From Heteronotia binoei (Eukaryota): a stretch of 64,000 nt of DNA. Where the stretch lies: positions 58,590,001 through 58,654,000 of the forward strand of contig NC_083230.1 of NCBI RefSeq assembly GCF_032191835.1, given 5' to 3'. A model generated the notes under the pieces. The model was not told where the DNA came from, did not search any database, and saw only the letters and a program-made list of their open reading frames with translations. Positions 1-12,959 of this stretch are shown here, in pieces (the stretch's first letter is position 1; each line of letters starts with the position of its first letter). A program made the position numbers and the translations under genes.

Positions 1-97
1 GAAAAGACAGAGAGAAAATAAGGCAAAGAGAAGGGAATGCTGTTTTATCTTTCTGCAATACACTAACCATGAAGGGCTGCCAAGCCCCCAGGCCGGG

Positions 98-515
98 CAG
101 GGTTTCCCTCACCCTGAAAGTTCCCAATCCGCTGGCCCACACTTGGCCAGCAGGGGGAACCTCCCTTGACATCACCAGCGCGATGACATCACCCAGAAGT
201 GATGTCATTGTGCTGCATGTGCCGGCCGCTCTAGGTGTTTCTGGGGAAACTCTATGGTTTTCCCAGACACTCTAGTAATTTGGGAGGAAAAACTCTATGG
301 TACAACAGGTACCATAGAATTTTTACCTCCCAAATTGCTAGAGCGTCTGGGAAAACCATAGAGTTTTCCTGGAAATGCCTAGAGCATCCTGTATGCGCCA
401 ACATGATAATGCCACTTCTGGGTGACATCATCGCACAAAAAAAGTCCCCCGATGGAGGCCACAGAGGACTTCGCAAGCCTATAACCATGGCTTTGCAAGA
501 TCTGGCTGGGCAGAC
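98..515. mobile_element. MITE-like non-autonomous DNA element with long internal palindrome
   Basis: Arms ~183-303 and ~309-431 are reverse complements around a 5-nt loop (GGTAC-AACAG-GTACC). The left end CAGGGTTTCCC resembles the AGGGTTGCC family seen elsewhere in the window. Confidence 0.6.
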
Positions 516-2667
516 AAGGAAAGGAAGAAATATAGACTGATTGGAGACAACCTGTAGCAGCCTTGCTAGCTTGTCTTTCATTGCTGCCTTGGTTAATGGG
601 CTTAACATGATTTGTTACACAAGTTTGCTTCAGTTTTGCGGAAAAGTGAGTCTAGTCAATCATCAGAGTGCCTTTTACTTTAATCAGACTTCCCTGCACC
701 TCTAATGGCTGCAGCCAGAATTGCATTAAAAGTAAAATAAATGTAAAGGCATTCAGCTGGATGCAGCAGGATGCTGGCTTCAGGAGCCCTCTAGCTGACT
801 TGGGCCCTGGGAATTTTGCCTTCTCATTCCCCTTCCACTTGATGGCCCTGCTGATATGTAAATCAGCAGTATCACTTGAGGTTAAAGTTTTATTCAGTGA
901 AACCCAACAGAAGAACAGGCCAACTGAAGAAAAAGTTCAGTGATTGTAAATGTTATGAACTGTTAAGGAAAAATGAACAAGGCCTGTCAGCAACATCCTT
1001 ATCAATATGCTTCTTCTTACAAAAGGCCATTACAAAATCCACAAAATAAATATTGGTGAGTTTCAAAATATAAATGTATCTCACTGAACTCATCCATTGT
1101 ATTTAGATCAGCAGATCACCTTGCATTTATTTTTATGTGTACGTGAAGTCTCTGCAGCTATCAGAAAAACCGCCACCTTGGTAGTAATATCTGATTATTT
1201 AGCAAAAACAGTGTTTATCTAAATTAGCTCCTTTAGTACATCTAGCACTGAGTGGCAGAAGATATTTATTCATGAACTAGGCAGCACGAAAGATACGGAC
1301 AGTTTACCTGTTACCCACAATCTGTTGTGATAGGCATCTTAGCATATCACCCTTTCAAAAACCTCAATGGCATTCTCTGAAACCTGTGCACAGTATATGC
1401 ATGTAAAAATGAAAATGTTGCACCAAGGAGATAATTTTCTAGCCTATGAAACTGGCATTGGGGAAAAGATAATTTTGAATTTCTGTCATATATTTGCAGT
1501 TTTTACTTTCTATTAAATGTCTTTTAACTGAGGATTTGACACTGCATAAATCCATAACCACATTCCTGCAACCAGTTATCAGTCTGTTCACCTTCTGCTC
1601 AGATAAGCAAAACTTTATCAGATATATCAGAGCTTAAACAAATAAGCTAAAATATATTAAGCCAGGCAAAAATGCTTGACAGGTTGTCAGACCACCAGAC
1701 AACAAGACAGGTGGCTAGGTTTTCTTCTCAGGTTTATAAAAGAATGCAAAAAGCGAGGCTTCCAGTTTGGATTTCATGGAGAATTTGCGAGCTTTCCAGT
1801 GGGGAAGCTCAAGAGACCTTCTATTCTGGGCAGAGAAGGTGTTTTAATACCTGCTGTCTACATCATCTAGGCAAGATGATGGCCGAGATATGCTTAAAGT
1901 TCTGAGGAGAGGTACTTTGGCTAATGAGAAATCCCAAGGGGAGGGTTTCTTTTGGGCTTTGAAGAGTCTTCGGAGAAGAACCACTTCCAACATCTATAGA
2001 GGGTATCTGGAGTCGTTAAATCAACATAAATTCAACATGCCCCAAGCTTCTTAAGGGCTAATTAATTGTAGATGAGAAACAGACCAGTGTGTTTGATGCC
2101 GGGACTTCAAAAATAAAGAGATTTTTATCTGTTGCCCCGGGACTAAATTGGGAAATATTTGGAAGGCAAACGAAGATCTGGACACATAAACAACTTGTAA
2201 TAATAAAGAAGGAGGAGGAGGGGGAAATCTTGGACTAAGTTAAACAGATATAAGGCTTAAAAAAGGCAAAAGCTGATATTGTTTGGAATTTTTGTGGTCA
2301 CTCCCCCGGAGAGTGGAAGAATTGCAGATCAACAAGTCATTACAGGAAATGATGTCTGGGAACATCATTAGACTTCACAACCATAGATAACGAGACTTTG
2401 TGGCAAGTGTAGGAGGAAGAGGCCATCAAGGGAAGGGAAAACTACAGGTTTTTTTAAGCCCCTCTAGGACTAAGCCATAGAGAAACATCGAGCACCATTT
2501 TGGGAAATTATAACTTTTTAAAAATTAATATCTGGACCCAGGGGCATAGGAGGATGGCAATTTTGGGCTTTTCTGAAATGGCATGCCCTAATCTATAAGA
2601 CTAGACCATTTAAAAAGAACTTGGTGACTTCAATTGTAAAGCCTATATTTATAATGGGAAGGCAGTA

Positions 2668-3460
2668 ATGTCAGCCCAAAAACCATTACAGACAAGATCC
2701 AAGACACTAGAAGAGGGCAAAAAGGCTGATAAAAAAGAACTGATGGATGCCATGGAAGCTAGATTGTCTAAACTGATTAAAGATTCTATAAGTGATTGTA
2801 AGAAGGAATTAAAAAAAGATATAGAAGTTCTCAGTAAAGAGTTTAAATCAGTATCCAAAAAAATCCAAGAGGTGGAAGAGAAAGTTAAAGACCATGATGA
2901 AAGAATTAATACAGTGGATTTCACTATTAAAAAATTGCAGGACAAAGCAGTACTGCAGGACTGCAAATCAATGGAAAATCAGATACATTTGAGAGGTGTG
3001 CCTGAAAAGGATGGTGATTTAAGGAAATACATAAAAAGGATTATTGCTGAATATGTTGGAGATGATCCTGTGGAGACTAATTACTTTTATGACTATATTT
3101 ACAGGGTCAATTCAGAATATGCAAGGAAAAATAAACTACCAAGAGATGTGATAGTGAGATGAGTAACAAGAGACTTGGTGGGAAGGATTCTAAGTAAACA
3201 GTATGAAGGCAAGCTGATTGTGGAAGGCAGTGATGTTAGAATTATGAAAGAATTACCAAGGAAAGTCTTAAGTGACAGAAGATTATATAAAAAACTGACT
3301 AAGCAATTGAGAGAGAGTCAAATGAGATATAGATGGATTTTTCCCAGAAGGATTGGTATTTGAATACAAGGGGAAGAGGATTACCATTACAAGCACTCAG
3401 GAGATGGAGAAGTTTTTTGGTGGAGAATAAAGAATTTGGAGGTTCAGATTAAAATAGAAA
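2668..3460 (+). pseudogene. L1 ORF1p (coiled coil, RRM, CTD), disrupted
   Basis: Coiled coil KKELKKDIEVLSKEF, then IHLRGVPE, IYRVNSEYARKNKLPRDVIVR and IMKELPRKVL...MRYRW; stop at 3160-3162 and a later frameshift. Confidence 0.88.
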
Positions 3461-3463
3461 ATT

Positions 3464-6400
3464 ATGATGGATTACAAATTATTATCTTGGAATGTAAATG
3501 GACTTAATTCACCACAAAAAAGAAAGGCAACTTTTCATTGGATTGGGAAGCAAAAATGTAACATAATTTGTCTACAAGAAGTACATATTAAATGATTGGA
3601 TTACAAATATTTGTGGAATAAGCAATTTGGTATGGAAATTTTTTCATTGGCTAAGGAGAAAAAAAGAGGCATGTTTTTTTATGTAAAACAGGAATTAGAA
3701 CCAAAATTGATTTTTAAGGACAATGATGGTAGATATATTGCAGTGCAAGTGATGATGAACCACAAGAAGACTTTGCTATTGGGACTGTATGCTCCTAATG
3801 GAGCAAAAGATTCTTTTTTTAAGGACATTATGCAGCAACTTGATCAAGAGACATATGAGCAAATCATGTTAATGGGAGACTTTAATGATATAGTTAAAAA
3901 TATTTTGGACAGATCTGGGAAGAATAATGAAGGTAAACTACCAAAGTCAGCAAGAAAATCTTGTAAACATTTGGAGGGAGAAAAATCTTACAGTTAGAGA
4001 CTATACCTTCTTCTCAGCTCGACATAACTCTTTCTCAAGAATTGATATGTTATGGAGTACAAAAAAATTGGGACTTACAACAAAAAAAAATAGAGATTCT
4101 TCCAAAAATAAGAGCAGATCATAATCCAATAATGTGGCCTGCGAAACCTACCAAAAAGACTTTAAGATGGCGAATAAATGAAGATTTACTGCAGAAAGAT
4201 GGGGTAGTAGAATCTCTGCAAAAAGAGACTAAAGCCTTTTTCCAAGTAAATGAAAATGAGGACATTCAATATCAAACGGTGCGGGATGCTTATAAAGCGG
4301 TGATGAGAGGTATTTTAATCATATTGAATAATAAAGACAGAAAAGCTAAAGAGAAACAAATGACAGACATACAAAAGGAGATTAAGAAGGAGAGAGAGTT
4401 TATAAAGAGACCAGGAAGAAGAAGATTTTAAAAGAAATTGGAATTCTATAGGACCAACTAAGTCACTTGTTAAATAAAGAAGTAGAATGGAACTTAAAAA
4501 GGCTTCAACAAAAATCTTTTTGTTGAAGAGTGCAAATAAAGCTGGAAAATACTTGACCTGGCAAATGCAAAGAAAAAGGGGAAATAAAATTGTTAATAAA
4601 ATTAGTTTGGGAAACAAAGAAATTGTTGACCAGGAAGGAATCAAAAGAGAGTTTTATAAGTTTTTTTATTTATTTATTTATTTTATGATTTATATGCAAA
4701 TTTGTATAAAAGTCATGTGGGGGGGGGAGAGAAAATAGATGCCTATTTACAGGAAATTAATGTTAAACCCCTAACGGACAATATCAAAAAGATCTAAACG
4801 ACCCAATTGGTAAGGAAGAAATTGAAGTGGCAATTAACTCAATAAAGCCAAGGAAGGCTCCGGGTCCTGACGGTTTTACAGCAAGATATTATAAAGTTCT
4901 TAAAGAAACTCTACTTCCAAAACTTCAGAAATTGATGAACATTATAAGAATAGATGGGAAGATACCTAATACTTGGAAGGAAACAGTAATCTCGTTGATA
5001 CCAAAAGAAGACAGAGATGTGACTAATGTAAAAAACTATAGACCAATTTCATTGCTAAATAATGACTACAAAATATATGCTAGAATTTTAGTGGAACACC
5101 TGAAACGGCATTTGAATAGTTTTGTTAAAGAGGAACAAGCAGGGTTTCTCCCCAGAAGGCAATTAAGAGGAGATATCAGAACAGTAATAGATATAATAGA
5201 ATATTATGACAAACATCCTGAAAAAGAAGTAGCTTTGCTTTTCGCTGATGCAGAGAAAGCTTTTGACAATGTTCATTGGGACTTTATGTTTGCAGTAATG
5301 GAGAAATTGGGATTGGGTGAAGACTTTGTTAGAATGGTAAAGGCAATATATACTGACCAACAAGCAAGACTTTGCATAAATGCAGATTTGACAGAGAAAA
5401 TAGCAATTTTTAAATGAACAAGACAAGGGTGCCCTCTATCCCCTTTGATATTTATAATGATGCTGGAAATACTGCTAATGCAAGTTCAAGAAGATAAGGA
5501 GACAGAGGGTTTGAAATTAAAAGGCTTTTCTTACAAATACAGACCGTTTGCAGATGATGTAATGTTTATAAATGAAAACCCAACTCAAGTTACACTGTTG
5601 CTGCTCCAAAAAAAAAAAAAGAATATGGTGATCTGGCAGGCTTTTATGTAAATAAAGAGAAAACTAAAAATTTGTGTAAAAATATGTCAAAATCTAAACA
5701 GACGGAATTACTAAATTTAACAAACTAAGAAGTGGCCTCTAAAGTAAAGTATTTAGGAGTAGAAATTACAACAAAGAATATTGACTTATTTTAAAACAAC
5801 TATGAAAAGCTTTGGCGGAAAATTGAGGTGGACTTACAAAAATGGAATAAGTTGAATTTGTCTATCCTGGGTAGAATATCGGCAATAAAATGAATGTATT
5901 ACCAAGAATAATGTTCTTGTTTCAAACTATACCAATAGTGAAAGAAGAAAAACAATTTCATAAATGGCCGAGGAAACTTTCGGAATTTATATGGGCTGGT
6001 AAGAAACCAAGAATTAAGATGAAGATCCTGACAGATGCTAAAGAAAGGGGAGGCTTCCAAGTACCGGATTTAAAACTATATCATGATGCAGTTTGTTTGG
6101 TATGGATTAAGAATTGGATAGTGTTATTAAACAGAAAATTATTAACATTAGAAGGCCATGGAAACGTTTTTGGTTGGCATGCATATTTGTGCTATGGGAA
6201 AAGTAAAATGGGTGGGTTTTTTCTCACATCATTATGTAAGAAGTAGTTTGCTTAAAACTTGGTTGAAATACCAAAAATATGGAGATGAGAGGAAACCGCT
6301 GTGGATTGTGCCAATGGAAGTAATACAGTTATATTCGGATATTGAGGAAGAGAAATGGTTACCATATAAACAATTGTTAAAAATACAAGGAGTCAAAGCA

Positions 6401-7211
6401 GAATTAAAATCAGTGGAAGAATTGGATTATAAGTTTAATTGGTTTCAATGGTTACAAATTAAAAGACTGCTGAAGCAGGATATTAGGAATGAAGGAATAA
6501 GACAAGAACAAACAGAAATGGAGAAAATGCCGCTTGGTGAGGACGTAAAATTGATCCCAAGAGTATATAAACTGTTGCTGAAATGGTCTACAGAGGAAGA
6601 AGTGGTAAAATCTCAAATGATAAAGTGGGCAATTAATATAAAAAAGGAAATTCCGATGGAACAATGGGAATATTTGTGGAAGAACTCTATGAAAATATCG
6701 ACATGTAATAACATAAAAGAAAATTGTTACAAAATGTTGTATAGATGGTATATGACACCAATAATCAGATGTCTGATCGATGTTGGAAATGTAAAAAACA
6801 TGAAGGGTCCTTCTACCATATGTGGTGGACTTGTGAAAAGGCTGTACAATATTGGCAAATGATCCAGCAAGAAATGTCAAAGATTTTGGGATACAAAGTG
6901 AAGAAGGCACCAGAAATCTTTTTGTTGGGATTACAAAAAGAAAATTTTCCAAAGCAAGACAGAACATTACTTTGGTACATGCTTTCAGCTTCACGGACAT
7001 TGTATGCGCAGTTGTAGAAGCAAAATAAAATTCCAGAAAAATGGGACTGGGTTATGAAAACTATGTGCACTGGAGTGAAATGGACAAATTAACAAGAACA
7101 CTAAAGGAACTTGATATGGAAAAATTGAATAATGAATGGCGAAAGTTTCAAAACTATGTGGAAGAACATTGGAGAGTGAAAGGACACTTGGTGATATTTG
7201 ATAATGGATAG
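3464..7211 (+). pseudogene. L1 ORF2p (APE endonuclease, RT, C-terminal Cys-rich), multiply frameshifted
   Basis: MMDYKLLSWNVNGLNSP, LGLYAPN, MGDFND, SRIDML, APGPDGF, NYRPISLLNNDYKI, DAEKAFD, RQGCPLSP, FADD, RCWKCKKHEGSFYHMWWTC. Confidence 0.95.
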
Positions 7212-7691
7212 CTTGTTTATCAGCTATTTTTAATTTACGGAGATAAGAATGATGGTTAAAATGAGAGTATGAGAAAATATTTTGTACTTTCTTAAAAGAT
7301 TATAATAAGATAGATAATATGTCTTAATTTAGTAATATATTGGATCATTAATCGAATGAGGTAATAACCATAAAGAAGTATAAGTTCCTTTTTTATTTTT
7401 AAACAGTTTTTTTAAAATGTTAAATTACCTTTATTGCTTTTATATTGTAAGTAATACTGGGGAAGTCTTGAAAGGGAAGAGGTGGAAATGTGATGCAACA
7501 TATTGACTTTTATTTAAGAGAAATAAAGTAGTGATCTAATATGTTGTAGAATAATAAAAAATTGTTTTTACACTAAGAATGCAAAAAGCGAGACAAATAG
7601 GCCAAACTGTAAATCTTTTAACAAATTTTAAAGTAACTTTTAAAATGGGTTAAAGGGTTAAATAATAATATTTTAAAATTCTTTTTTATTT

Positions 7692-8199
7692 GGGTTGCCA
7701 AGTCCAATTCAAGAAATATCTAGGGATTTTGGGGGTGGGGCCAGAAGGCATTGAGGTGGAGCCATGAACAAGGTTGGAACAAGTACAATTGAACTCCAAA
7801 GGGAGTTCTGGCCATCACATTGAAAGGGACTGCACACCTTTTCAATGCCTTCCCTCCATACAAATAATGAGGGATAGGGGCACCTTCTTTGGGGGCTCAT
7901 AGAATTGAGCCCCCTGGTCCAATCCTTTTGAAACATGGAGAGTGTTTTGAGGAAAGGCATCAGATGATATGCTGCTAATTTGGTACTTCTCCCTCAAAGA
8001 ACACCTCTCCAGAGCCCCAGACACCCGCAGATCAATTTCCAATTATTCCCTATGGGAATCATTCTCCATAGGGAATAATAGAGTGCCCAGTAGATATTTC
8101 CCTCCCCCCCCTTCACTTTCTAAAGCAGGGGGAGGGCCTCCAAACCCTGCACCCACCTGCACCCACCTGAGGAATCCCCTGCACCCACCTGGGGATTGG

Positions 8200-8206
<7 letters not shown>
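7692..8206. mobile_element. AGGGTTGCC-TIR non-autonomous DNA transposon (MITE), ~515 bp
   Basis: GGGTTGCCA ... TGGCAACCCT termini; internal sequence homologous to the interrupted copy at 47324-53254. Confidence 0.8.

Positions 8207-8208
<2 letters not shown>

Positions 8209-8249
<41 letters not shown>
8209..8249. repeat. (CT)n(CA)n compound microsatellite
   Basis: Direct read. Confidence 0.95.
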
Positions 8250-9904
8250 TTACTGGGTCTGGTTACTTGCTCTGAAAATGAAAGCAAAACAAACAGAAGC
8301 TGCTGCTGACCCTTCCCCATGAAGTGCTTCCTGTTTCATGCTTTCTGCTCAACTTTAAAGGCACACAAATAACAGAAACACACACACACATTTTAAAACA
8401 GGACCTGTTTGCAGGTTTCTAAACCTGCCAGAGCTCTAGAGGTACATGGTGGCTGTGGGGGCAGGGCTTCCCCCCGCCAGCCAGCTGACTGGGGGCGGGG
8501 GAAGCCTGTAAAACCGGGAGATCCCCAGGTGGGAACTGGGGATTGGGAAGCCTAGTTATATCCCTCAAGTAATCAAATCTTAATATGTAGTTTCTTTGTG
8601 GGACTTTTAAAAAGATATTTTAAAGGTTGTTCTAAATGACGAAAATGTTCAGGTCAATGACTGTAATAACAAACTGAACTAAACTGAACTGAGGTTCTCA
8701 GCATGCCTAGATCTAAATGTTACAATCAGAACTGTACAAGAGCTATAGCTCTGTATTTTTAATCTTTAATAAATCTCCCCTGTGTATTTCATAGATGTAC
8801 ACCATAAGTTAGAATATATATACATAATATGTTATGTATACAGGCCTATAGGGATGGGTATGGATTGACTGATGAATTAAAGTTTGTCACATTTTGGCTG
8901 GTTCGTGGTTCATGAAACAATGTTCATGTACTGAAGACAGGTTATTATACAACAATGATAAGAAGGGTTCAATGAATGAACTATGATCCATCCCTATAAC
9001 TGTTACTGATTTTAAAAATGGACATATGAAGGGGGGAAATAGCGCCATTTATTAAGCTCATTTGCCTATTGAAAATAGTACCAGAAAGTTGAGGTTTTTT
9101 AAAAGAACCATCAGTCCAAGTTCTGTTTATTAAAATATTAATCTGTTTTTTAAAAATATGGTCTTTGCCAGACTGAGTGAAAAAGTTTGTTTGATGATCT
9201 TTTAGCATCAGGAAGAAATGCAACAATTATATTTTTATATTATATTTTACATTCTTCCTATGAAGAAGCCTTGCAGTATTAGCTGGCATTTATTTGATGC
9301 TTTTAACTTTATCAATAAAATCATTAAAAAATGATTCTGCCACACTTTTGGTCATCAAAGAAGCTGCATGTTTACCAGAGCTTTTAAACTTTGTCAATAA
9401 ATTGATAAGTTTGTCAATACAAGACTAGTAGAGCAAATATAAAGAATACTGCAGATGGTTTACCCTTTGTTATATGGATTTGTATCCTGTTGAAACTATT
9501 TACATAGAATATTTAATGGTCCAAATAATTCTGTGAACACTTTTTTTAAAAAAATATATGCTTTTGTTTCAACTAGGGATGTGCATTCTGCTAAATCCAA
9601 CCTGAAAAAAATTCAAAAAATACCTTACTGGTATTTTTCTGATATTCTTTAAGCCATATATTTCTTTGAGCATTATTTGGCTATCTGAAATGGCCAAGCC
9701 CCCCAAAACATGAAAATATTCAGGACTTTTTGAGGCTGCTGGATAGTCATAGTTAAAGGGTGTTTAAAGGGATTGCAGTCCCTTTAAAAATTAAACACTT
9801 TCTGGGTGAACTCACTGCTTGGAGAAGGTGTTTAAAGGGACTGCAAGCTTGGAGAAGGCATTTTAAGGGACCACAATCCATTGAAACATCATTTCGCCCT
9901 CCAC

Positions 9905-10154
9905 CTATAAACTTAACTTGTTATTCCTGTTTTGTCTCTGTATATCTTAAAGTATCTTCATCATATTACATGCTAATTTGCTGTTCAGCCTCAGTTTATA
10001 AGTCTGAACAGTTATCTTCCATTTCTGTGTATCTGAGGAAGTGTGCATGCACACGAAAGCTCATAGCTTGAATAAAACTTTGCTGGTTTAAAAGGTGTCA
10101 CTGGATTGGAAATTCGTTCTATTGTTTCAGACCAACATGGCTACCCACCTGGAT
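9905..10154 (+). mobile_element. Penelope-like element 3'/pLTR remnant
   Basis: Hammerhead-type core followed by AATAAA and AAAGGTGTCACTGGA...CAGACCAACATGGCTACCCACCTG; homologous to 25638-25925 and 26350-26480. Confidence 0.75.
10029..10066 (+). ncRNA. Minimal hammerhead ribozyme motif (Penelope type)
   Basis: GTAT-CTGAGGA-A-GTGTGCATGCACAC-GAAA-GC-TC-ATAG: CUGANGA and GAAA cores, stem II GTGTG/CACAC, palindromic stem III AGCT, CUC cleavage triplet, stem I GTAT/ATAG (3 of 4 bp). Confidence 0.65.
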
Positions 10155-10172
10155 TTTTCTTCTTCCATTGCT

Positions 10173-10502
10173 AGGGTTGCCATTTTCCAGCCAGAGGCAG
10201 GGGATCTCCACCCACACTGCCATCTCCCTCCACTATTCCTACATCTGCCAGGAGAAAAATAATCTTTAAAAATGCCACCAGGCAACAACATTATTTAACT
10301 TCTGAGAAAGCATTGTCAGTCCACTGAAGGAATTGCTGGAAACTCTGTGGTTTTACCATATTTTTCCCATTATTCTTTGAGAGGTGTGATGTAACTTCCA
10401 GGATTTCCCTGGAAGTGACATGACACTGTTGCCTGACAGTGACACCCATGTCCCCACTCTCCAAAAACTCCCTTTGATTACCTGGCTGTGCCACCAACCC
10501 TA
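10173..10502. mobile_element. AGGGTTGCC-family MITE
   Basis: TAGGGTTGCCA ... CCAACCCTA termini. Confidence 0.65.
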
Positions 10503-11253
10503 CCAATGGCCCCTGGTGTCAACCATTCTTGTACATATCTGTCTGTGTATAGGAGCTGGCCTTCAGAAGACCCCAGTGTTAATCTCCAACTAAAAGAGTT
10601 TCAGTAGCATTTGTTAGGAAAGACCTTTTTTGTCCTGAGTTCCTGAAGAGTCACTGCCAATCAGCACAGAAAATACTGAAATATATGGATCGATAACTTG
10701 ACTCTGTATAAGGCAAAGTGATGTATGTGCTTGTCCTGTTCTCAAATAATACCCACATTGATTACTGGATTCAAATTTCAGTTTAATACACTGAGGAACT
10801 GCATCATCAACATCAGTCTAATTAAATTGTCAGTGTAGTGAACGGTAAATTGTAGGTTTGGTTGTTTGGGCCATAATTGATGCTGTATTAAAACATCAAC
10901 TGTTGTTCAGTGTTGGGGTCACTTAGGGAATGTGAATATGAACTAATTCTGAAAGAAAGACATATTTAATTAATAAATTAGTAAATCTATATACTAATAG
11001 GAAAGTCAGACAGATCTGAGGATACTTAAGTACTATGACTGCAGCTGTGAACAGGAAAGATTGATCTTTCTACAAACCTGAAAGGGCTTCAGGTTTGCAG
11101 GGAAACTTTTTTTAAAAACCCAAAATGATGAAAGAAGTGCCAGTATCTTTAAGCAACAGATTCCAGGCTTGTTCTGTCAGTAAAAGGCAGGAGAAGCCCT
11201 TTCCAGGACTATTTTAGCCTTTGAGGGAGGATTGATTGGGCCCAAGCATGGCT

Positions 11254-11474
11254 AGGACTGCCAGCTCCAGGCTGGAATATTCCTGGAGATTTTGTGGTGA
11301 AGCCTGAGGGAAAGTAAGGGTTAGTGAGTGGAGAGGAGAGACCTCAGCTGGATATAATGCCATAGAGCCACCCTCCAAAGCAGCCATTTTTCCAGGGGAA
11401 CAGACTTCTGTTGTCTAAAGTTCATTTGTAATAATGGAAGATGTCCAGCTGCTACCTGGAGGTTGGCAAACCTA
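11254..11474. mobile_element. AGGGTTGCC-family MITE (~220 bp subtype)
   Basis: TAGGACTGCCAGCTCCAGG ... CCTGGAGGTTGGCAAACCTA; similar to 12772-12959 and 44426-44637. Confidence 0.7.
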
Positions 11475-12161
11475 GGCCTGGCTGCCACCTCTGGGTGACT
11501 TGATACAACCCAATATGCATGACTTGACTAGGCCTTGCTGTAGGGTTACCAAGTCTAACTCAGAAAATACCTGGGGACTTTGCGGGTGGAACCAGGAGAC
11601 TTTCCCATTCCCTAAAATAAATAAATAAAATAAAATAAATAAAAATACAGCAGTGCAGTTCCCATGAATAGTCTTCATTACCTCATCTCACAGCACACAC
11701 ATACAAAGCAGCTAAAATAAACACAGTTTGGAAGCACACACTTTGTGGTCTCATTGGGGCAATGCTGTACACTCAACCAAGTTTTTCAGACTGACACAGA
11801 GGTTCTCTCTACTATGCAAATGAGTTCTGGAGGGGTTGTAAAACAAATTGAGGAAGGAGGCTCCTTCCTTTCCCTTCCTCACAACAGCAATGTTGTTCTG
11901 CTCACCCTGCCCCCATTCAGTCTAGCTCCAGAGTTTTAAAGGCATATACACCTTTCTAAAAACAAATTCTCCCAAGCATCTTCTTAAGCCCTCCTAAGTG
12001 AAAAGGCACATGGTGGCTATGGGGACAGGGCATACCCCACTTGCCAATTGATTGGGGGTGGAAAGGAGCCTGCAAAAGTGGAGAAACCCCCGCTGGGACC
12101 TGGGGATTGGCAAGCCCACCTTGTTGCTTGCTGCTTTCCAACAGCAGCCACCCTTTGAAAA

Positions 12162-12396
12162 CCAGTGTTGTGTAGCGGTTAGATCTTTAGAGCAGGATCT
12201 GGAAGACCCAGGTTCAAATTCCCATCTTGCTGTTGAAGCTCAATAAGTGATTTTGGATTAGTCACATACTTTCATCATAACCTACCTCACAGGGTTGATG
12301 TACAGATAAAAAGAAGGATAAGAAAATAATGTAAGCTGCTTTGGTCCCCACTGTGGAGAAGGGTAGGGTAAAGATGAAGTAGATAAATAATAAATA
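12162..12396 (+). mobile_element. tRNA-derived SINE (Squam3-like)
   Basis: A-box-like TGTGTAGCGGTTAG, B-box-like GGTTCAAATTCC, body ACCTACCTCACAGGGTTG, TGTAAGCTGCTTTG, (TAAA)n tail. Confidence 0.75.
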
Positions 12397-12771
12397 TAGC
12401 TGAAGATGAGAGACAGAAAGAAGATAGGTTGGTGAATGAGTGAAAAAGAGAGGAGACAGGGAAGGGGAAGGAACACCCCACAAGTCCTTGAGGTTTCCCT
12501 ACCATACAAGTAGTCCTGGACTAGTGGTCGGCATCACAAACTGGGTCATAGTTTTCCTAGGCAGAAGCTACAGGGGGTGGGAAACTTGAAGTCAAAGAGC
12601 AGATAAATGTAGGTTCGCTGTTTAGTGGGAAAGGGAGAAGGAGGCAGAAAAAGGGGAATGGCTATGGAGGCTTCCAGGAAAAGGAAAGAGGGAATCTGGA
12701 AGATGGAGAAATGAAATACTTCCCACTTAAGGTTTCTTGGTTCTCCCCAGCCACCAGCAGGCAGGGGGGAG

Positions 12772-12959
12772 AGTAGGATTGCCACCTCCAGGTTGAAAAA
12801 CTTCTGGAGATTTGGGGGTGGAGCCTGGAGAGGAGAGGGACCTCAGTGGGATACAATGCCATAGAGCCCAGCTTCCAAAACATCAATTTTCTCAAGATAA
12901 AATTATCTCTGTAGTCTGGAGGAGATCCCCAGGTCTCATCTGGAGGTTGGTATCCCTAC
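12772..12959. mobile_element. AGGGTTGCC-family MITE
   Basis: TAGGATTGCCACCTCCAGG ... CTGGAGGTTGGTATCCCTA. Confidence 0.7.

Larger units (their letters stand above)
1758..7574 (+). mobile_element. Full-length, decayed L1-clade LINE (5'UTR, ORF1, ORF2, 3'UTR)
   Basis: 18-bp TSD AAGAATGCAAAAAGCGAG at 1740-1757 and 7575-7592; ~910 bp 5'UTR; ORF1 and ORF2 remnants as below; AATAAA at 7522 and 7553. Confidence 0.95.

Noticed and set aside
12162-12230. tRNA genes at SINE heads
   Set aside because: A/B boxes only; no cloverleaf; continuous with SINE bodies.
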